From the IMG/VR virus record IMGVR_UViG_3300020050_016625, positions 1-64,000 of that record: DNA of 64,000 nt. One strand, given 5' to 3'. Of the stretch, positions 9,034 to 18,978 are shown in pieces (the stretch's first letter is position 1; each line of letters opens with the position of its first letter). Origin of the DNA: a virus. Its lineage: Duplodnaviria > Caudoviricetes. The notes beneath the pieces are model-generated. The model saw nothing but the letters and a program-made list of their open reading frames with translations. It had not been told where the DNA came from and did no database searches. The position numbers and the translations under genes are program-made.

Positions 9034-9731
9034 TAGATTCTTGAAAGAAAAAAGTAAAATTTTTCTGCAATTTCTCTATCCTGAAAAGTAACGGTATATT
9101 TGTCTCCCGATTTTGGGATTGTTACATCAAAATTAGGATATGAATAAGAGAATTTCCGATTAGTAGTTAATTCATGTTTGACTTTGTTGTCTATATCTGA
9201 AAACCTATTTCCGCTAATGTAGATATTGATTGTTTGGATTAACTCGTCAATCAATACTTTTTTGTAAGGCACGTATAAATATACAGATTTGCCCCTAATG
9301 TCATTTAGCCTACTTTTGAATGTTTTTGCGATACTCATATTTTTATAGTGAGCAAATGATTTACCTAATAACATCTTTTCTATTTTTTCAAGTAAGTCAT
9401 TGTAAGAAATAAAAAAATCTTTATCTGCTTTGTCTCCTACATTATAAAAGCCTTTTATTGGATAAACGTGATAATTAGCCATTAAATCCCTTACATTTGA
9501 TAATAAGTTAAGGCTTAATTTCTCTAACATCTCATTATAGGCATTAGGCTTTATAATCGAATTAACGCTTATTTCTGTTTTATGATTCATAATAGCCTTA
9601 ATGCCGCTTATATGACTGTGTAAGTCTAACACCTTATCCTTAATAGGAATAAGTAAGTCAAAATCATCTGCATAATTTTTATGCAGGTCATTAATCTTTT
9701 CGATTAACTCACTATTTTCTAAGATTTTCAT
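9033..9731 (-). CDS. hypothetical protein, C-terminus resembles that of the upstream gene
   Basis: YTVTFQDREIAEKFYFF versus ITIYFTDYEKALNFYNF. Confidence 0.7.
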   Translation of the reverse strand: MKILENSELIEKINDLHKNYADDFDLLIPIKDKVLDLHSHISGIKAIMNHKTEISVNSIIKPNAYNEMLEKLSLNLLSNVRDLMANYHVYPIKGFYNVGDKADKDFFISYNDLLEKIEKMLLGKSFAHYKNMSIAKTFKSRLNDIRGKSVYLYVPYKKVLIDELIQTINIYISGNRFSDIDNKVKHELTTNRKFSYSYPNFDVTIPKSGDKYTVTFQDREIAEKFYFFLSRI

Positions 9732-10551
9732 ATATAAAATTATAAAAGTTTAATGCTTTTTCGTAATCTGTAAAGTAAATGGTAATTTTACCACGCTTAT
9801 CTATTTTCAACTCACTTGCATGTTGAAATGAAATATGGTATAATTTGTTTGCCTCAAATTCTGTATCGTTAAAAATAAGACCGCTAATATCCTCTAATTT
9901 GCCGTTCTCAAAGAAGGATAAAATAGCGAGTATAGCAAAAAATGTCTCCTTACCCTTCCAACAGAAATGCTGGTTAATGGAATAGCGAGTTTCTACATTT
10001 ATAGATTTGATAGAAAGTGCATTTTTAGCCACATTCAAATCTTTGTAATTGAACGTTTCTTTTATATAAGCCAAAATCGCCTTATCTTTGGTGTATTGCG
10101 CAAAGGTTTTGCCGTTTAGGGTAGAAATGACATATTCGTATAAGTCTTTAAAGAAAAGCGGTTGTATCATATCTGCTACTTTCTTGCTGCAAATAATGTC
10201 GTTTATTTCTATTTCTGCATATTGTTCTATTGTGGCGTTAATAGCAGATAAATAATATTTATTTAGACTTACTATGTCATATTCTATGTTATCCAAATTG
10301 ATACACCTTTTCAGGTAATAGCCCGATAAGTGCAACTTTTTACCTTTTGGACAAACAACTGCGTTATTGCCTATTGCAATATCATTTATTTCCTTCTGAA
10401 ATGCTTTTGCTTTGTCTAATACTTGTGAATACCTTACAAAGTTCTCATTATATTCCTTTTCAAGTGAAATAAGATATTGCTTATCGGTTTCGCTTATCAT
10501 ATCTAAAAGATTGATTTTAGCGATATTTCCAAATTTTTGTAGTAAGCTCAT
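9712..10551 (-). CDS. hypothetical protein (start uncertain, 10500-10551)
   Basis: long ORF; the 5' extension in the track overlaps the divergent gene. Confidence 0.65.
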   Translation of the reverse strand: MSLLQKFGNIAKINLLDMISETDKQYLISLEKEYNENFVRYSQVLDKAKAFQKEINDIAIGNNAVVCPKGKKLHLSGYYLKRCINLDNIEYDIVSLNKYYLSAINATIEQYAEIEINDIICSKKVADMIQPLFFKDLYEYVISTLNGKTFAQYTKDKAILAYIKETFNYKDLNVAKNALSIKSINVETRYSINQHFCWKGKETFFAILAILSFFENGKLEDISGLIFNDTEFEANKLYHISFQHASELKIDKRGKITIYFTDYEKALNFYNFIYENLRK

Positions 10552-10594
10552 ACAGCATAAACAAAAAAATACCTGTATTTGTTTATACGGCATT

Positions 10595-11146
10595 ATGGCA
10601 AAAAGACATTTTATAACTATTCCTAAAAAGGTACTTGTGGACAAAAGTATCACAAAAATTCATGCAAATGATTTACCTAAGAAAAAGGCTGTGTTTAATT
10701 CCTACACAACGCCACCACCACAAGAAGAACATGACTTGCAGGTGCTTTGTCATAACTTTATAAGGGATAAGTACCCAAATATCAATAGTTATTCAATTCC
10801 AAATGGCGCAAAAACACAAGTTTCGATAACCAAAGCAGGTAAGGAAATAAACTTTGAAAGAATGTGGCTTGTGGCAGAAGGATTGACAAAGGGCGTTGCT
10901 GACTACTTCGTGGCAAAGGCTAAAAAGACAAATAAAAATAGTGATGGCTTTTGGCATGGATTATATATAGAATTTAAGTTTGGAAAAGGTAAGCAGTCAA
11001 AAGAACAAATAGCATTTGAAAAGATGTGTACAAGGGATAACTATCTTTATATTGTCGTTTATGAGAATAACAGTATTTTAGATGCAAATGGTAGCATAGA
11101 CCCGTTATTGCACTTTAAAAAGGCTTTTTTGGAATATATAGAATAG
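10595..11146 (+). CDS. VRR-NUC (PD-(D/E)xK) nuclease, Holliday-junction-resolvase-like
   Basis: EHDLQ, IPNG, AEGLTKGVAD, LYIEFK..KGKQSKEQ; ATG at 10595. Confidence 0.85.
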   Translation: MAKRHFITIPKKVLVDKSITKIHANDLPKKKAVFNSYTTPPPQEEHDLQVLCHNFIRDKYPNINSYSIPNGAKTQVSITKAGKEINFERMWLVAEGLTKGVADYFVAKAKKTNKNSDGFWHGLYIEFKFGKGKQSKEQIAFEKMCTRDNYLYIVVYENNSILDANGSIDPLLHFKKAFLEYIE

Positions 11147-11185
11147 AAAAAACGCTGCATAACTTATAATTATGCAGCGTTTTTT
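11147..11185. terminator. bidirectional intrinsic terminator
   Basis: AAAAAACGCTGCATAA..TTATGCAGCGTTTTTT between convergent genes. Confidence 0.85.
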
Positions 11186-11204
11186 CTTATTTTGATAATT
11201 CTTT

Positions 11205-11564
11205 TTATGCTAAATAATAACAATCAGAACCTATTCCTGTCGCCACTTTTACCACAACCTCCTCAATAATTTCAACACGCATGTTCTCGCTATCCTCAAT
11301 TTCGCTATCTCTTTCATTGCCTAATGCAAAAACGCCTGTTGCAAAGAACGAATCAACAAAACTACTTAAATCATGTGTAAATTCAAGTGTTTCAAGATTA
11401 ACACTACCTATATAGTTATCCGTATCATTATCATAAATAGGATAAATCCCATTGTATTGCATACCAAGCCTTACATCGTCAAGGCTTAAATTAACGAAAA
11501 TGGTTTCGATTGCCTGTTGCGCTTCTGTGCTAAGTGTAAAGTCGTTGTTATTAAAGATAGACAT
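11205..11564 (-). CDS. acidic hypothetical protein with its own promoter cassette
   Basis: ATG at 11564 follows a TAnnTTTG box and a leader hairpin. Confidence 0.7.
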   Translation of the reverse strand: MSIFNNNDFTLSTEAQQAIETIFVNLSLDDVRLGMQYNGIYPIYDNDTDNYIGSVNLETLEFTHDLSSFVDSFFATGVFALGNERDSEIEDSENMRVEIIEEVVVKVATGIGSDCYYLA

Positions 11565-11659
11565 AATAAAAAGATAAGTTTGTTGTTTTGGCACTATTGC
11601 CGTTTGATTATGAGACAAATGTATGTGGTTATTTTCATATAAAAAAATATTTATATAGA

Positions 11660-11678
11660 AACTACATGTTTATGTAGC
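11660..11678. promoter_or_regulatory. palindromic operator CTACAT-N4-ATGTAG
   Basis: AACTACATGTTTATGTAGC, exact reverse complement of 44871-44889. Confidence 0.65.
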
Positions 11679-11681
11679 GGA

Positions 11682-12278
11682 CTATTGCTTTTCATCTAAT
11701 TTCAACACATCTAAGATGTTCTTATAGGCATTTGAAGCGGCATCAATTCCAAGTCCCATAGATGCAAGAATAATCTCTATTTTTTGGCTAATAGGAATGT
11801 TTATTAATGTGGGCTGTAACTTCAAATAGCAGTATAAGTAATTGCGCTTAAATTCTTCTGAAAAACCACCTACGGCTGTTCTTTTTAGGATATTAGCCAT
11901 TTTATCAAGTTCACTTTCATGTAATTGAACAGATTTAGGAAACTCCTTTTTAGGCTTTCTATGTGTATCGTCTATTGCGATAATTTCCCAATTTAAGATA
12001 CAGTCGAGGTCGTTGCTATCTATTATGTTTCTCAATACATTATTTTGCTCACTTACCCAACTATCTGCTTTTTCCCATTTCGATAAAGTATGTGCAGGTA
12101 ATTTGTATGCACCATTATTTACAGGCATTTCAGGAATAACCTCGTCTTCAAGTGTAATATCACATGCGATATAATGATTGAATTTACAACGCTCGCCCCT
12201 ACTAATGGCTTTGAATAATACTTTTACTAAGTGCATGATAAAATTATTTATGAATATTAGTATATATACGCAATACAT
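11682..12278 (-). CDS. hypothetical protein (start probably about 12236)
   Basis: ORF downstream of an ECF-type promoter. Confidence 0.65.
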   Translation of the reverse strand: MYCVYILIFINNFIMHLVKVLFKAISRGERCKFNHYIACDITLEDEVIPEMPVNNGAYKLPAHTLSKWEKADSWVSEQNNVLRNIIDSNDLDCILNWEIIAIDDTHRKPKKEFPKSVQLHESELDKMANILKRTAVGGFSEEFKRNYLYCYLKLQPTLINIPISQKIEIILASMGLGIDAASNAYKNILDVLKLDEKQ

Positions 12279-12289
12279 ATAAAAAGGTT
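12267..12289 (-). promoter_or_regulatory. ECF-type promoter AAC-N16-CGTA
   Basis: minus strand AACCTTTTTATATGTATTGCGTA. Confidence 0.6.
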
Positions 12290-12294
12290 TTTAT

Positions 12295-12332
12295 AAAAAA
12301 ACGCTATGTAAGTAATATACATAGCATTTTTT
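12295..12332 (-). terminator. intrinsic terminator
   Basis: AAAAAACGCTATGTA..TACATAGCATTTTTT. Confidence 0.7.
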
Positions 12333-12333
12333 C

Positions 12334-12588
12334 TTAACTAAAAAATTCTTTAAATTTTTCCATTGTCTTCATACTTGCTATTTTTTGATTCAACTTGTTT
12401 ATTTCTATCTGTTTATTCTTTTCGTTTGTTTCAAATTTATTTATATCATAAAAACTTGCTGCCCTACAATCGCTTTCATGGCAAAACTCATTATTTTCTT
12501 TGAAATAAATCGTTTTATTAGAAATATTGTCTATTGTGCGTATTGTGTAGTTATCGCTTAATATAACTTTTTGTCCAACTGCAAACAT
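12334..12588 (-). CDS. hypothetical protein
   Basis: ORF in a small-gene cluster. Confidence 0.65.
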   Translation of the reverse strand: MFAVGQKVILSDNYTIRTIDNISNKTIYFKENNEFCHESDCRAASFYDINKFETNEKNKQIEINKLNQKIASMKTMEKFKEFFS

Positions 12589-12597
12589 AGTATTTTT

Positions 12598-12846
12598 TTA
12601 AAGTTGTGTACTTTCTGTTTTTAAGCTAACAATGACTGTAATCATGCCTGTTTTAATATCGGTAAATATTTCCCATATCGTATAGGCTTTTCCTTCAATT
12701 AGTATATGGCTATGCTTTGGAATAAGCACAATGGTAGGGTCGTGTTCTATTAAGGCTACCATTGTATATTTCTTGCCTAAAAAATCAAATAAGCCATTTA
12801 CACCACCTTTACCCTGAAACTCTTTAATAAATTGTATTTCTTGCAT
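12598..12846 (-). CDS. hypothetical protein
   Basis: ORF in a small-gene cluster. Confidence 0.65.
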   Translation of the reverse strand: MQEIQFIKEFQGKGGVNGLFDFLGKKYTMVALIEHDPTIVLIPKHSHILIEGKAYTIWEIFTDIKTGMITVIVSLKTESTQL

Positions 12847-12848
12847 AA

Positions 12849-13244
12849 TTATATTTCGATTGAAATTGTTTGGATATTTACTTTTTTGCGCAACTCATAC
12901 GCTTTTTCCCACGACTTATATAATTGAGGGTGTTTTTCTTCCATAAAAGACAAAATAGTAAATAAGTCATTTACAGTAGTAGGCATTAAAAAATAACACA
13001 AGCAAACCCTTACTATAACGCCATTTACTTCTGAAAACGAATATATGAAAAGATTATCATCTTGACCATCTTTTTCTCGCATAAACATAAACCCTTCTCC
13101 TACAAACTCATTTCCATTTAATATACCAAAGAAAATATCCTGCAAGTTTTTGAAGTAAAAACTTCGTGTTGTTTGTAGAAAATATTCATAAACAACGTCA
13201 GGCTTTGTGCTATTTTTCCCGTAAAACTTAACAAATGTCTCCAT
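12849..13244 (-). CDS. hypothetical protein
   Basis: ORF preceded by AAC-N16-CGTT (13275-13253). Confidence 0.65.
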   Translation of the reverse strand: METFVKFYGKNSTKPDVVYEYFLQTTRSFYFKNLQDIFFGILNGNEFVGEGFMFMREKDGQDDNLFIYSFSEVNGVIVRVCLCYFLMPTTVNDLFTILSFMEEKHPQLYKSWEKAYELRKKVNIQTISIEI

Positions 13245-13340
13245 AATTTAAAAACGAATTAGTGTTAAAATTGTTTGCAAAAATACAAATTAGTTTTTTA
13301 ATCACTACCTTTGTATTTTTTATGTCAAATGTTTATACGC

Positions 13341-13363
13341 AACCTTTTATTTTTAGTTACGTA
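13341..13363 (+). promoter_or_regulatory. ECF-type promoter GCAAC-N16-CGTA
   Basis: AACCTTTTATTTTTAGTTACGTA. Confidence 0.65.
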
Positions 13364-13395
13364 TAGGTTATTATTTTACAATTAATTATATAATT

Positions 13396-14001
13396 ATGTG
13401 TGATTCGGTTATTAAAAAGCTATGCTTTTTAGCCTTATTATTAGGCGTTTTTCAAAGTTCTTTTTCTCAAAAAGAGAATAATAATATTTGCTACTTTGTT
13501 CAAGAAAACCAAAGTTATGCAAACTTAGTTCCTGCAAATGATTATACTACATTTGTAGATTCGATAAAATTCTATGCAGGAAAATTAGGCGTACCTTATA
13601 CGTGGTTATTAGCCATGACCTCACATGAAAGTGAAAATACAGCAAACGCAAAAAACCCATACAGTACCGCAACGGGCATATTGCAATTCACAAAAAGCAC
13701 CGCTAAATTATTAGGTACGTCTATTTATGCTATTAAACGCATGAACAGAATACAGCAGGTACGGTACGTGTATAAGTACTTTCTAATCGGTAAGGAGAAA
13801 TACGGCAACTACCAATCATTAACACAAATGTATGTATTTGCACTACTACCTAACCAAATGCCTTTTGCACTAAAACCAAGCCATGTATTAATGAAAAAAG
13901 GCGATTTGTATTATGCAGGTAATAGCGGACTTGATACAGATGGAAATGGTAGTGTACAAGTCTTTGAAATCACCAATCGTATCAATAAAAGGCTAAAATA
14001 G
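13396..14001 (+). CDS. lytic transglycosylase/lysozyme-like protein with signal peptide
   Basis: SHES catalytic Glu, AKNPYSTATGILQF, EF-hand-like DTDGNGSVQVFEI, N-terminal hydrophobic stretch ending SFS-Q. Confidence 0.8.
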   Translation: MCDSVIKKLCFLALLLGVFQSSFSQKENNNICYFVQENQSYANLVPANDYTTFVDSIKFYAGKLGVPYTWLLAMTSHESENTANAKNPYSTATGILQFTKSTAKLLGTSIYAIKRMNRIQQVRYVYKYFLIGKEKYGNYQSLTQMYVFALLPNQMPFALKPSHVLMKKGDLYYAGNSGLDTDGNGSVQVFEITNRINKRLK

Positions 14002-14063
14002 CTGCATGAAAGTGTAGTAAATATATAAATATTTTTTTATTCCAAAAGAACCCGTTACCTTTG
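14001..14063 (+). promoter_or_regulatory. operator variant plus TAnnTTTG promoter
   Basis: GCTGCATGAAAGTGTAGTA (14001-14019) and TACCTTTG (14056-14063). Confidence 0.55.
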
Positions 14064-14110
14064 TTTCGACAAATAAGGAACAGGTTCTTATTTGAAATAA
14101 TTTATTCGTT

Positions 14111-14311
14111 ATGGAAAATAATCTTATAATAAGGATAATTAATAAAGGTGTTTATTATCAAATAGCAATAATACAAATACATGCTACATGGGAATCTACA
14201 ATACTTGCCTTTGGTAAGGAGTTTTTATTAGAATCAGATGCCGAAAAATTCACAAAAAGCAAGGGTGCAAAATCTGTTTTAAAAGCAGCCCAAAAGCTAA
14301 TTGAAGCATAA
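14111..14311 (+). CDS. hypothetical protein
   Basis: ORF after the promoter cassette. Confidence 0.65.
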   Translation: MENNLIIRIINKGVYYQIAIIQIHATWESTILAFGKEFLLESDAEKFTKSKGAKSVLKAAQKLIEA

Positions 14312-14363
14312 CCCTTTCAAAAACTTATCGTATAAACCATAAACGGCAATAGTGCCAAAACAA
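14310..14363 (+). promoter_or_regulatory. ECF-type promoter and repeated 5'-leader hairpin
   Basis: AAC(14310)-N16-CGTA(14329); AAACGGCAATAGTGCCAAAACAA (14341-14363) identical to 11605-11583. Confidence 0.65.
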
Positions 14364-14384
14364 TCAATAATCATTTTTTTAGTA

Positions 14385-14753
14385 ATGGAGACTTACAAAA
14401 TCAAAAATTACATCTTAGCTTTTATCTTAAACTCACAAGCCTTTAAAGATAACGGTAACGTAGATTATCTTATAGACGAGAATTTGCAGGAAATCAACTA
14501 CCTAAATAAAGGTATAATTTCTATCATTGAGGCTGTAAAGGCTACAAACGCTACCAAAATAGCACTTCAAAAAGCCTTTGGGTTTTTAAACGGTGCGTTT
14601 ATTGATATGGAAATTTTGGATAAGCAGATAGAAATCTGCGAAAACGAAAAGAAGTTAGCAGAAAAAGAAGTAGCTAATAGAAGTAAATTAGATGCGTTTT
14701 TAGCTACATTAGACCCCGAAATGCTGTTATCTGAAATTATCAATAATCAATAA
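14385..14753 (+). CDS. hypothetical protein
   Basis: ATG at 14385 after the leader. Confidence 0.7.
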   Translation: METYKIKNYILAFILNSQAFKDNGNVDYLIDENLQEINYLNKGIISIIEAVKATNATKIALQKAFGFLNGAFIDMEILDKQIEICENEKKLAEKEVANRSKLDAFLATLDPEMLLSEIINNQ

Positions 14754-14758
14754 GATGT

Positions 14759-14794
14759 AAAAAACCGATAAGCACTTAAACTTATCGGTTTTTT
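14759..14794. terminator. bidirectional intrinsic terminator
   Basis: AAAAAACCGATAAG..CTTATCGGTTTTTT. Confidence 0.85.
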
Positions 14795-14795
14795 C

Positions 14796-15167
14796 TTACC
14801 CAAAAATTGCAAGCAACATACAAATAATAAAGCTAATCACAACAAACATTAAATATCTAACTACTAATTTCAATAAACGCCTACTATCAAATCTGTCTAT
14901 ATTTAATAGTATTTCACTTATTGTATTTACCTTATATACCAACGTCCCGAAATCGCCTGTTAAACAAGAAATAATCAACTTGTAATCATTCCTATCTATT
15001 CCTACTGCTTCGGCAATAATATCGTTTTTCTCCTTTAATTTTGCGACAATTAGCGGCGTTTGTGATATAGTCTTTTGCCAAAATACTTCTTTGTACTTGC
15101 TGTATTTTGTAAAGCCATACTTTTCTAAGTTTTCGGGCGTTATATCTTGATTGAAATATTTTAGCAT
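14796..15167 (-). CDS. hypothetical protein with C-terminal transmembrane helix
   Basis: hydrophobic C-terminus. Confidence 0.7.
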   Translation of the reverse strand: MLKYFNQDITPENLEKYGFTKYSKYKEVFWQKTISQTPLIVAKLKEKNDIIAEAVGIDRNDYKLIISCLTGDFGTLVYKVNTISEILLNIDRFDSRRLLKLVVRYLMFVVISFIICMLLAIFG

Positions 15168-16987
15168 AATATATATTTTACTTTTGATAATTGTTTTTCT
15201 TTTTCCTTAATCGAATCAAACAAGGCTTTAACTGTATTTTTGGTTAATTCATAATCGCTATTTTCCGTAATAGATTCAACTATATTTTGCAACTCACTAA
15301 ACTGCTTACTTCTTATATAATCAATAATCGTATTTTTCGCAATTTCTAAAATCATACCTTCTGTTTTTTCGCCTGTTTCCTGCATAATTTGAATTTCAGT
15401 ATCCAAACTATTTAACTCATAACTCAAATCATCTGCTTTTTTTGATAGGCTTTGTATGTATTCAATAGAGTAAGGACATTCATTCCTGTATTGCGAAATA
15501 AGCGACTTTCTTATCATCTCATTTAATTCATTACTAAATGATACATTTTCGATTGCGCCTACAATAAAGTCCATTAAACAACTACTTTCGCCTATTTGCG
15601 TTTCTCCATACTTGCACATGAGTTCTATAATTACCAATTCAGTAATCATAATTTCGCTTATATCCCTACTTACTGTATTAGCTTGTTTTTGGATAAATTC
15701 AATCGGTGTAGCCATATATGCAATAGGGCTAATCTTTGCATTTACAAGGGCTAAAACACTCTTTGAATCTACCTGCATTTGCGCTGCTACTTCTTTGCTG
15801 TATAATTCCCTATCCAAGTCAGTAGGCATTTTGGCGATTGTTTCTGCAATAGATTCAATTTTAGCCTTACTTTCTGCTGCCGTACCTGCTTTATTACCTA
15901 AACTGTATTCGACAAAAGATAATGCTTTGCCTTCCATTTCTGCATACTTATCTTTGCCGTATTTTTTGATGTAAGAATCAGGGTCTTCTCCTGCTGGTAG
16001 TACGCAAATTTTTACATCTATGCCATATTGCACTAAAATTTCAATAGCTTTTACATTTGCTTTTTGCCCTGCACTATCACTATCATACACAAGCAAGACA
16101 TTCGTAGTATGTTTGCGTATCAATGCAGCCTGTTCAGGCGTAAATGCAGTACCGCAACTACAAACCGTATTGTGAAAACCATTTTGATACAATGAAATTA
16201 CATCGGTGTAACCTTCTGTGAGACGTACAAAGTTCAATTCCCTAATCGCTTTTTTCGCATAAAATAAACCATACAAAATATTTTTCTTATTATATAGTTT
16301 AGAATCAGGGCTATTAATGTATTTAGGTTCGTTTTCTGTTTTTTCTCCCAAAATACGACCGCCAAAACCTACCAATTTGCCGTAACCGTTACGAATAGGA
16401 AACATTAATCTATTCCTATACAAGTCATACAACTTTGTTTTTTTGGCTATCAATCCTACTTGTATCGCTGCATCTACATTGTACGCCCGTTCAATCTCAT
16501 TCGACAAACTTTGCCAATCATTTTTGGCTATGCCTATCTCAAATAAATCAATACTTTCTAATGAAATACCACGTTCTTCTGTATATGCCTGAAAATCGCT
16601 ATTTCTATTTGCAATAAAGTGCTTTAAAGCGACATTTGATACAGTATTTAGGTTTTCTAATACTAAATCCGTTTCTGTTGCTATTTCGGGGATAACCACC
16701 GAAATACAAGGCATAACAGCAAGTAATTTGATAGCTTCTACAAAATTGCAGCCTTGTTCCATTGCAATGATAAAATCAACTGCATTGCCTCCTGTTGAGG
16801 TAGAAAAACAACGCCATTTTCCCATTGTAGGATTAACAGAAAAAGAAGCGGTTTTCTCTTTGGCAAATGGAGATAAAGCCCAAAAGTTGCTACCCTTTTT
16901 CTTTAAAGGCACGTAGCTTGCAATAACATCTACGATATTGTCGTGTGCTTTGCGCTTAATTTCTTCTATAATGCTTTTATCAATCAT
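15161..16987 (-). CDS. dnaG: DNA primase
   Basis: LSPFAKEKTASF zinc-finger region (Bacteroidota-like), RLMFPI, GFGGR, KYINSP, EGYTD, TOPRIM YDSDSAG, GEDPD. Confidence 0.95.
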   Translation of the reverse strand: MIDKSIIEEIKRKAHDNIVDVIASYVPLKKKGSNFWALSPFAKEKTASFSVNPTMGKWRCFSTSTGGNAVDFIIAMEQGCNFVEAIKLLAVMPCISVVIPEIATETDLVLENLNTVSNVALKHFIANRNSDFQAYTEERGISLESIDLFEIGIAKNDWQSLSNEIERAYNVDAAIQVGLIAKKTKLYDLYRNRLMFPIRNGYGKLVGFGGRILGEKTENEPKYINSPDSKLYNKKNILYGLFYAKKAIRELNFVRLTEGYTDVISLYQNGFHNTVCSCGTAFTPEQAALIRKHTTNVLLVYDSDSAGQKANVKAIEILVQYGIDVKICVLPAGEDPDSYIKKYGKDKYAEMEGKALSFVEYSLGNKAGTAAESKAKIESIAETIAKMPTDLDRELYSKEVAAQMQVDSKSVLALVNAKISPIAYMATPIEFIQKQANTVSRDISEIMITELVIIELMCKYGETQIGESSCLMDFIVGAIENVSFSNELNEMIRKSLISQYRNECPYSIEYIQSLSKKADDLSYELNSLDTEIQIMQETGEKTEGMILEIAKNTIIDYIRSKQFSELQNIVESITENSDYELTKNTVKALFDSIKEKEKQLSKVKYILC

Positions 16988-16988
16988 T

Positions 16989-18377
16989 TTAATTGTATTT
17001 TGGTTTTGGTGGTGAGTATTTACCCTGTATATAATAAACAGCCTCAACGTAGTTAGGGTACATTTCAGTACCTAAATTTTGTGGCGAAAACATTACAACT
17101 TCTTTTGTATCGAAAATTAGCGGCAAAACCACATTTGTAGGTTCGTTTTTATATTTACCTACAATTAAGCTAACATCTAAGAAGTCTCCATTGCCCGTTC
17201 CATCTATTTTAAAGATGTTTTTATTATCAAGTAGCAACATTACATCTGCACTATCAGGTAATGCTTTACTGCCAAATACATGTACCAATTTAGGCGTTTT
17301 GTCCTTTGCACGTTCTAACTCTTTTGTTAGCTGTGTAAGAACTATAATACACAAGTTATAGCGTATTGTAAGGTCTTTTAAACGGCTTATTGCAAGTCTT
17401 ATCGGTTTATCCTCACTTAGTGTACCATTTTTCTTATCTATCAAGTCATTTATAAAGTCAATCGTTACAATCGCAGGTTTATTTAAGTCAGTATCAAATT
17501 TGCGCCATGCTATTATCTTACTTATCAATACATCAACATCTTTTAATGTAGTGATTTTCATATTCATGTTGCTATCATCACTTTTTAAGAACTTGACAAT
17601 ACGCCTATGCTCATCATCTGTTGTACGCCCCTTTAAAACTTTGCCTCTTTCTATGCCTATTAAGGGGGATGCTAAATTAATAACCAAACCTGCTGCACCT
17701 ACTTCTGTGCTTACAAATAATTGACTAACATTAGCGTTCTCTCTATTGATTGCATAAGTAAATGCAGATTTGCCACCTTTTGAAGATGCCGCAACGCCTA
17801 CTAATGCAGGGCATGGTAAACCAATAAACGCATCGTCAAAAGAAGTTATACCTGTCCTAATGTAATGTAGCAACCTTGTTTCAGGATTGCGTACATCTTC
17901 AATTCGTTTTATAGCCCTAATTTTTGCCTCCTCATATTCAATCAATTCATCTGTTGAGATATTTGTTTTCATGCTATTTGAAATCGTTTGCGCAGATAAC
18001 GACATAGCACGTTCCATTTGTCTGTTTTTCGCAAATAAAATAGCGACTTCCATTTGCAGGATAAAATCTCGTCTTGTTTTTTCTTCTAATAAAACCTCAA
18101 TAATATTCGTTTGAAAGTCGTCTCCAAGAAAAAAACCATTTTGTATAGCATTTTGATACATATCCGTATCATTCGTAAATCCTACCATATCAGGTAAAAC
18201 CCTTACACCCGATGTGTACAAATTACATACTTTTACAAAGCACTCTCTTGTATCTTGAAATGTAAAGTGTTCTATGCTAAGGTAAGCAATGGCAGATAGT
18301 ATTTCCTTGCTATCTTTATCCCCCCAAATCATAGAAAATAAACAGCTGCATTCTGTGTTTCTTTGAATATCTATCAT
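16989..18377 (-). CDS. divergent DnaB-like replicative helicase
   Basis: TGITSFD, Walker A-like AASSKGGKS, STE, IDF, LTQL, ADVMLLL; adjacent to the primase. Confidence 0.8.
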   Translation of the reverse strand: MIDIQRNTECSCLFSMIWGDKDSKEILSAIAYLSIEHFTFQDTRECFVKVCNLYTSGVRVLPDMVGFTNDTDMYQNAIQNGFFLGDDFQTNIIEVLLEEKTRRDFILQMEVAILFAKNRQMERAMSLSAQTISNSMKTNISTDELIEYEEAKIRAIKRIEDVRNPETRLLHYIRTGITSFDDAFIGLPCPALVGVAASSKGGKSAFTYAINRENANVSQLFVSTEVGAAGLVINLASPLIGIERGKVLKGRTTDDEHRRIVKFLKSDDSNMNMKITTLKDVDVLISKIIAWRKFDTDLNKPAIVTIDFINDLIDKKNGTLSEDKPIRLAISRLKDLTIRYNLCIIVLTQLTKELERAKDKTPKLVHVFGSKALPDSADVMLLLDNKNIFKIDGTGNGDFLDVSLIVGKYKNEPTNVVLPLIFDTKEVVMFSPQNLGTEMYPNYVEAVYYIQGKYSPPKPKYN

Positions 18378-18976
18378 AGATTCTCTATAAATTGGTTAAT
18401 TTCCTTAATTGCATTTTGAAAAGAAAAGTCAATATCGCTAATCATTGCGATTGTGGTCAAAGGTAGCTTTGTTTTCAAAGTAGCTTTTAAACTACTAATC
18501 TTATTGCTGCCAAAAAGCCATTCTTTTTTTTCTTTTGTTTCGCCTACAATATAGCCATATTCAGTTTTTGAACGTAGATACATAGCAAGGTTCTTTTCTT
18601 TGCGAAATGAAAATACAGCCGATTGAATTTCCGTATCTACACTATTTATCTTTGAAATGTACCAAGCAGGTATAGCATTTTTGTAGGATAGGTTGTATTT
18701 ATCCAATTCGCTTATAAGAGAATCAAAAGTACTGCTACTACTAATCACTAAATATCTTTCGCCTTCGATAATTTTGTAGTAAGCCCAGCGAAATTCCAAA
18801 ACAGTTTCAGTTTTTCCGAAAATTATACGGGGGAAACGCATAATACTTGGAAAGACAGAATCAAAGTTATCTTTTAGTATATAGAAGCCTTCATTGTTTG
18901 CCTCGAAATTTGAGGCTAATAAATGCTTTTTAGGCACATATACTTTTATCTTACTATTGTCGCTTGTAATAGGCAT
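18374..18976 (-). CDS. hypothetical protein in the replication operon
   Basis: coupled between the initiator and the helicase. Confidence 0.7.
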   Translation of the reverse strand: MPITSDNSKIKVYVPKKHLLASNFEANNEGFYILKDNFDSVFPSIMRFPRIIFGKTETVLEFRWAYYKIIEGERYLVISSSSTFDSLISELDKYNLSYKNAIPAWYISKINSVDTEIQSAVFSFRKEKNLAMYLRSKTEYGYIVGETKEKKEWLFGSNKISSLKATLKTKLPLTTIAMISDIDFSFQNAIKEINQFIENL

Positions 18977-18978
18977 AA

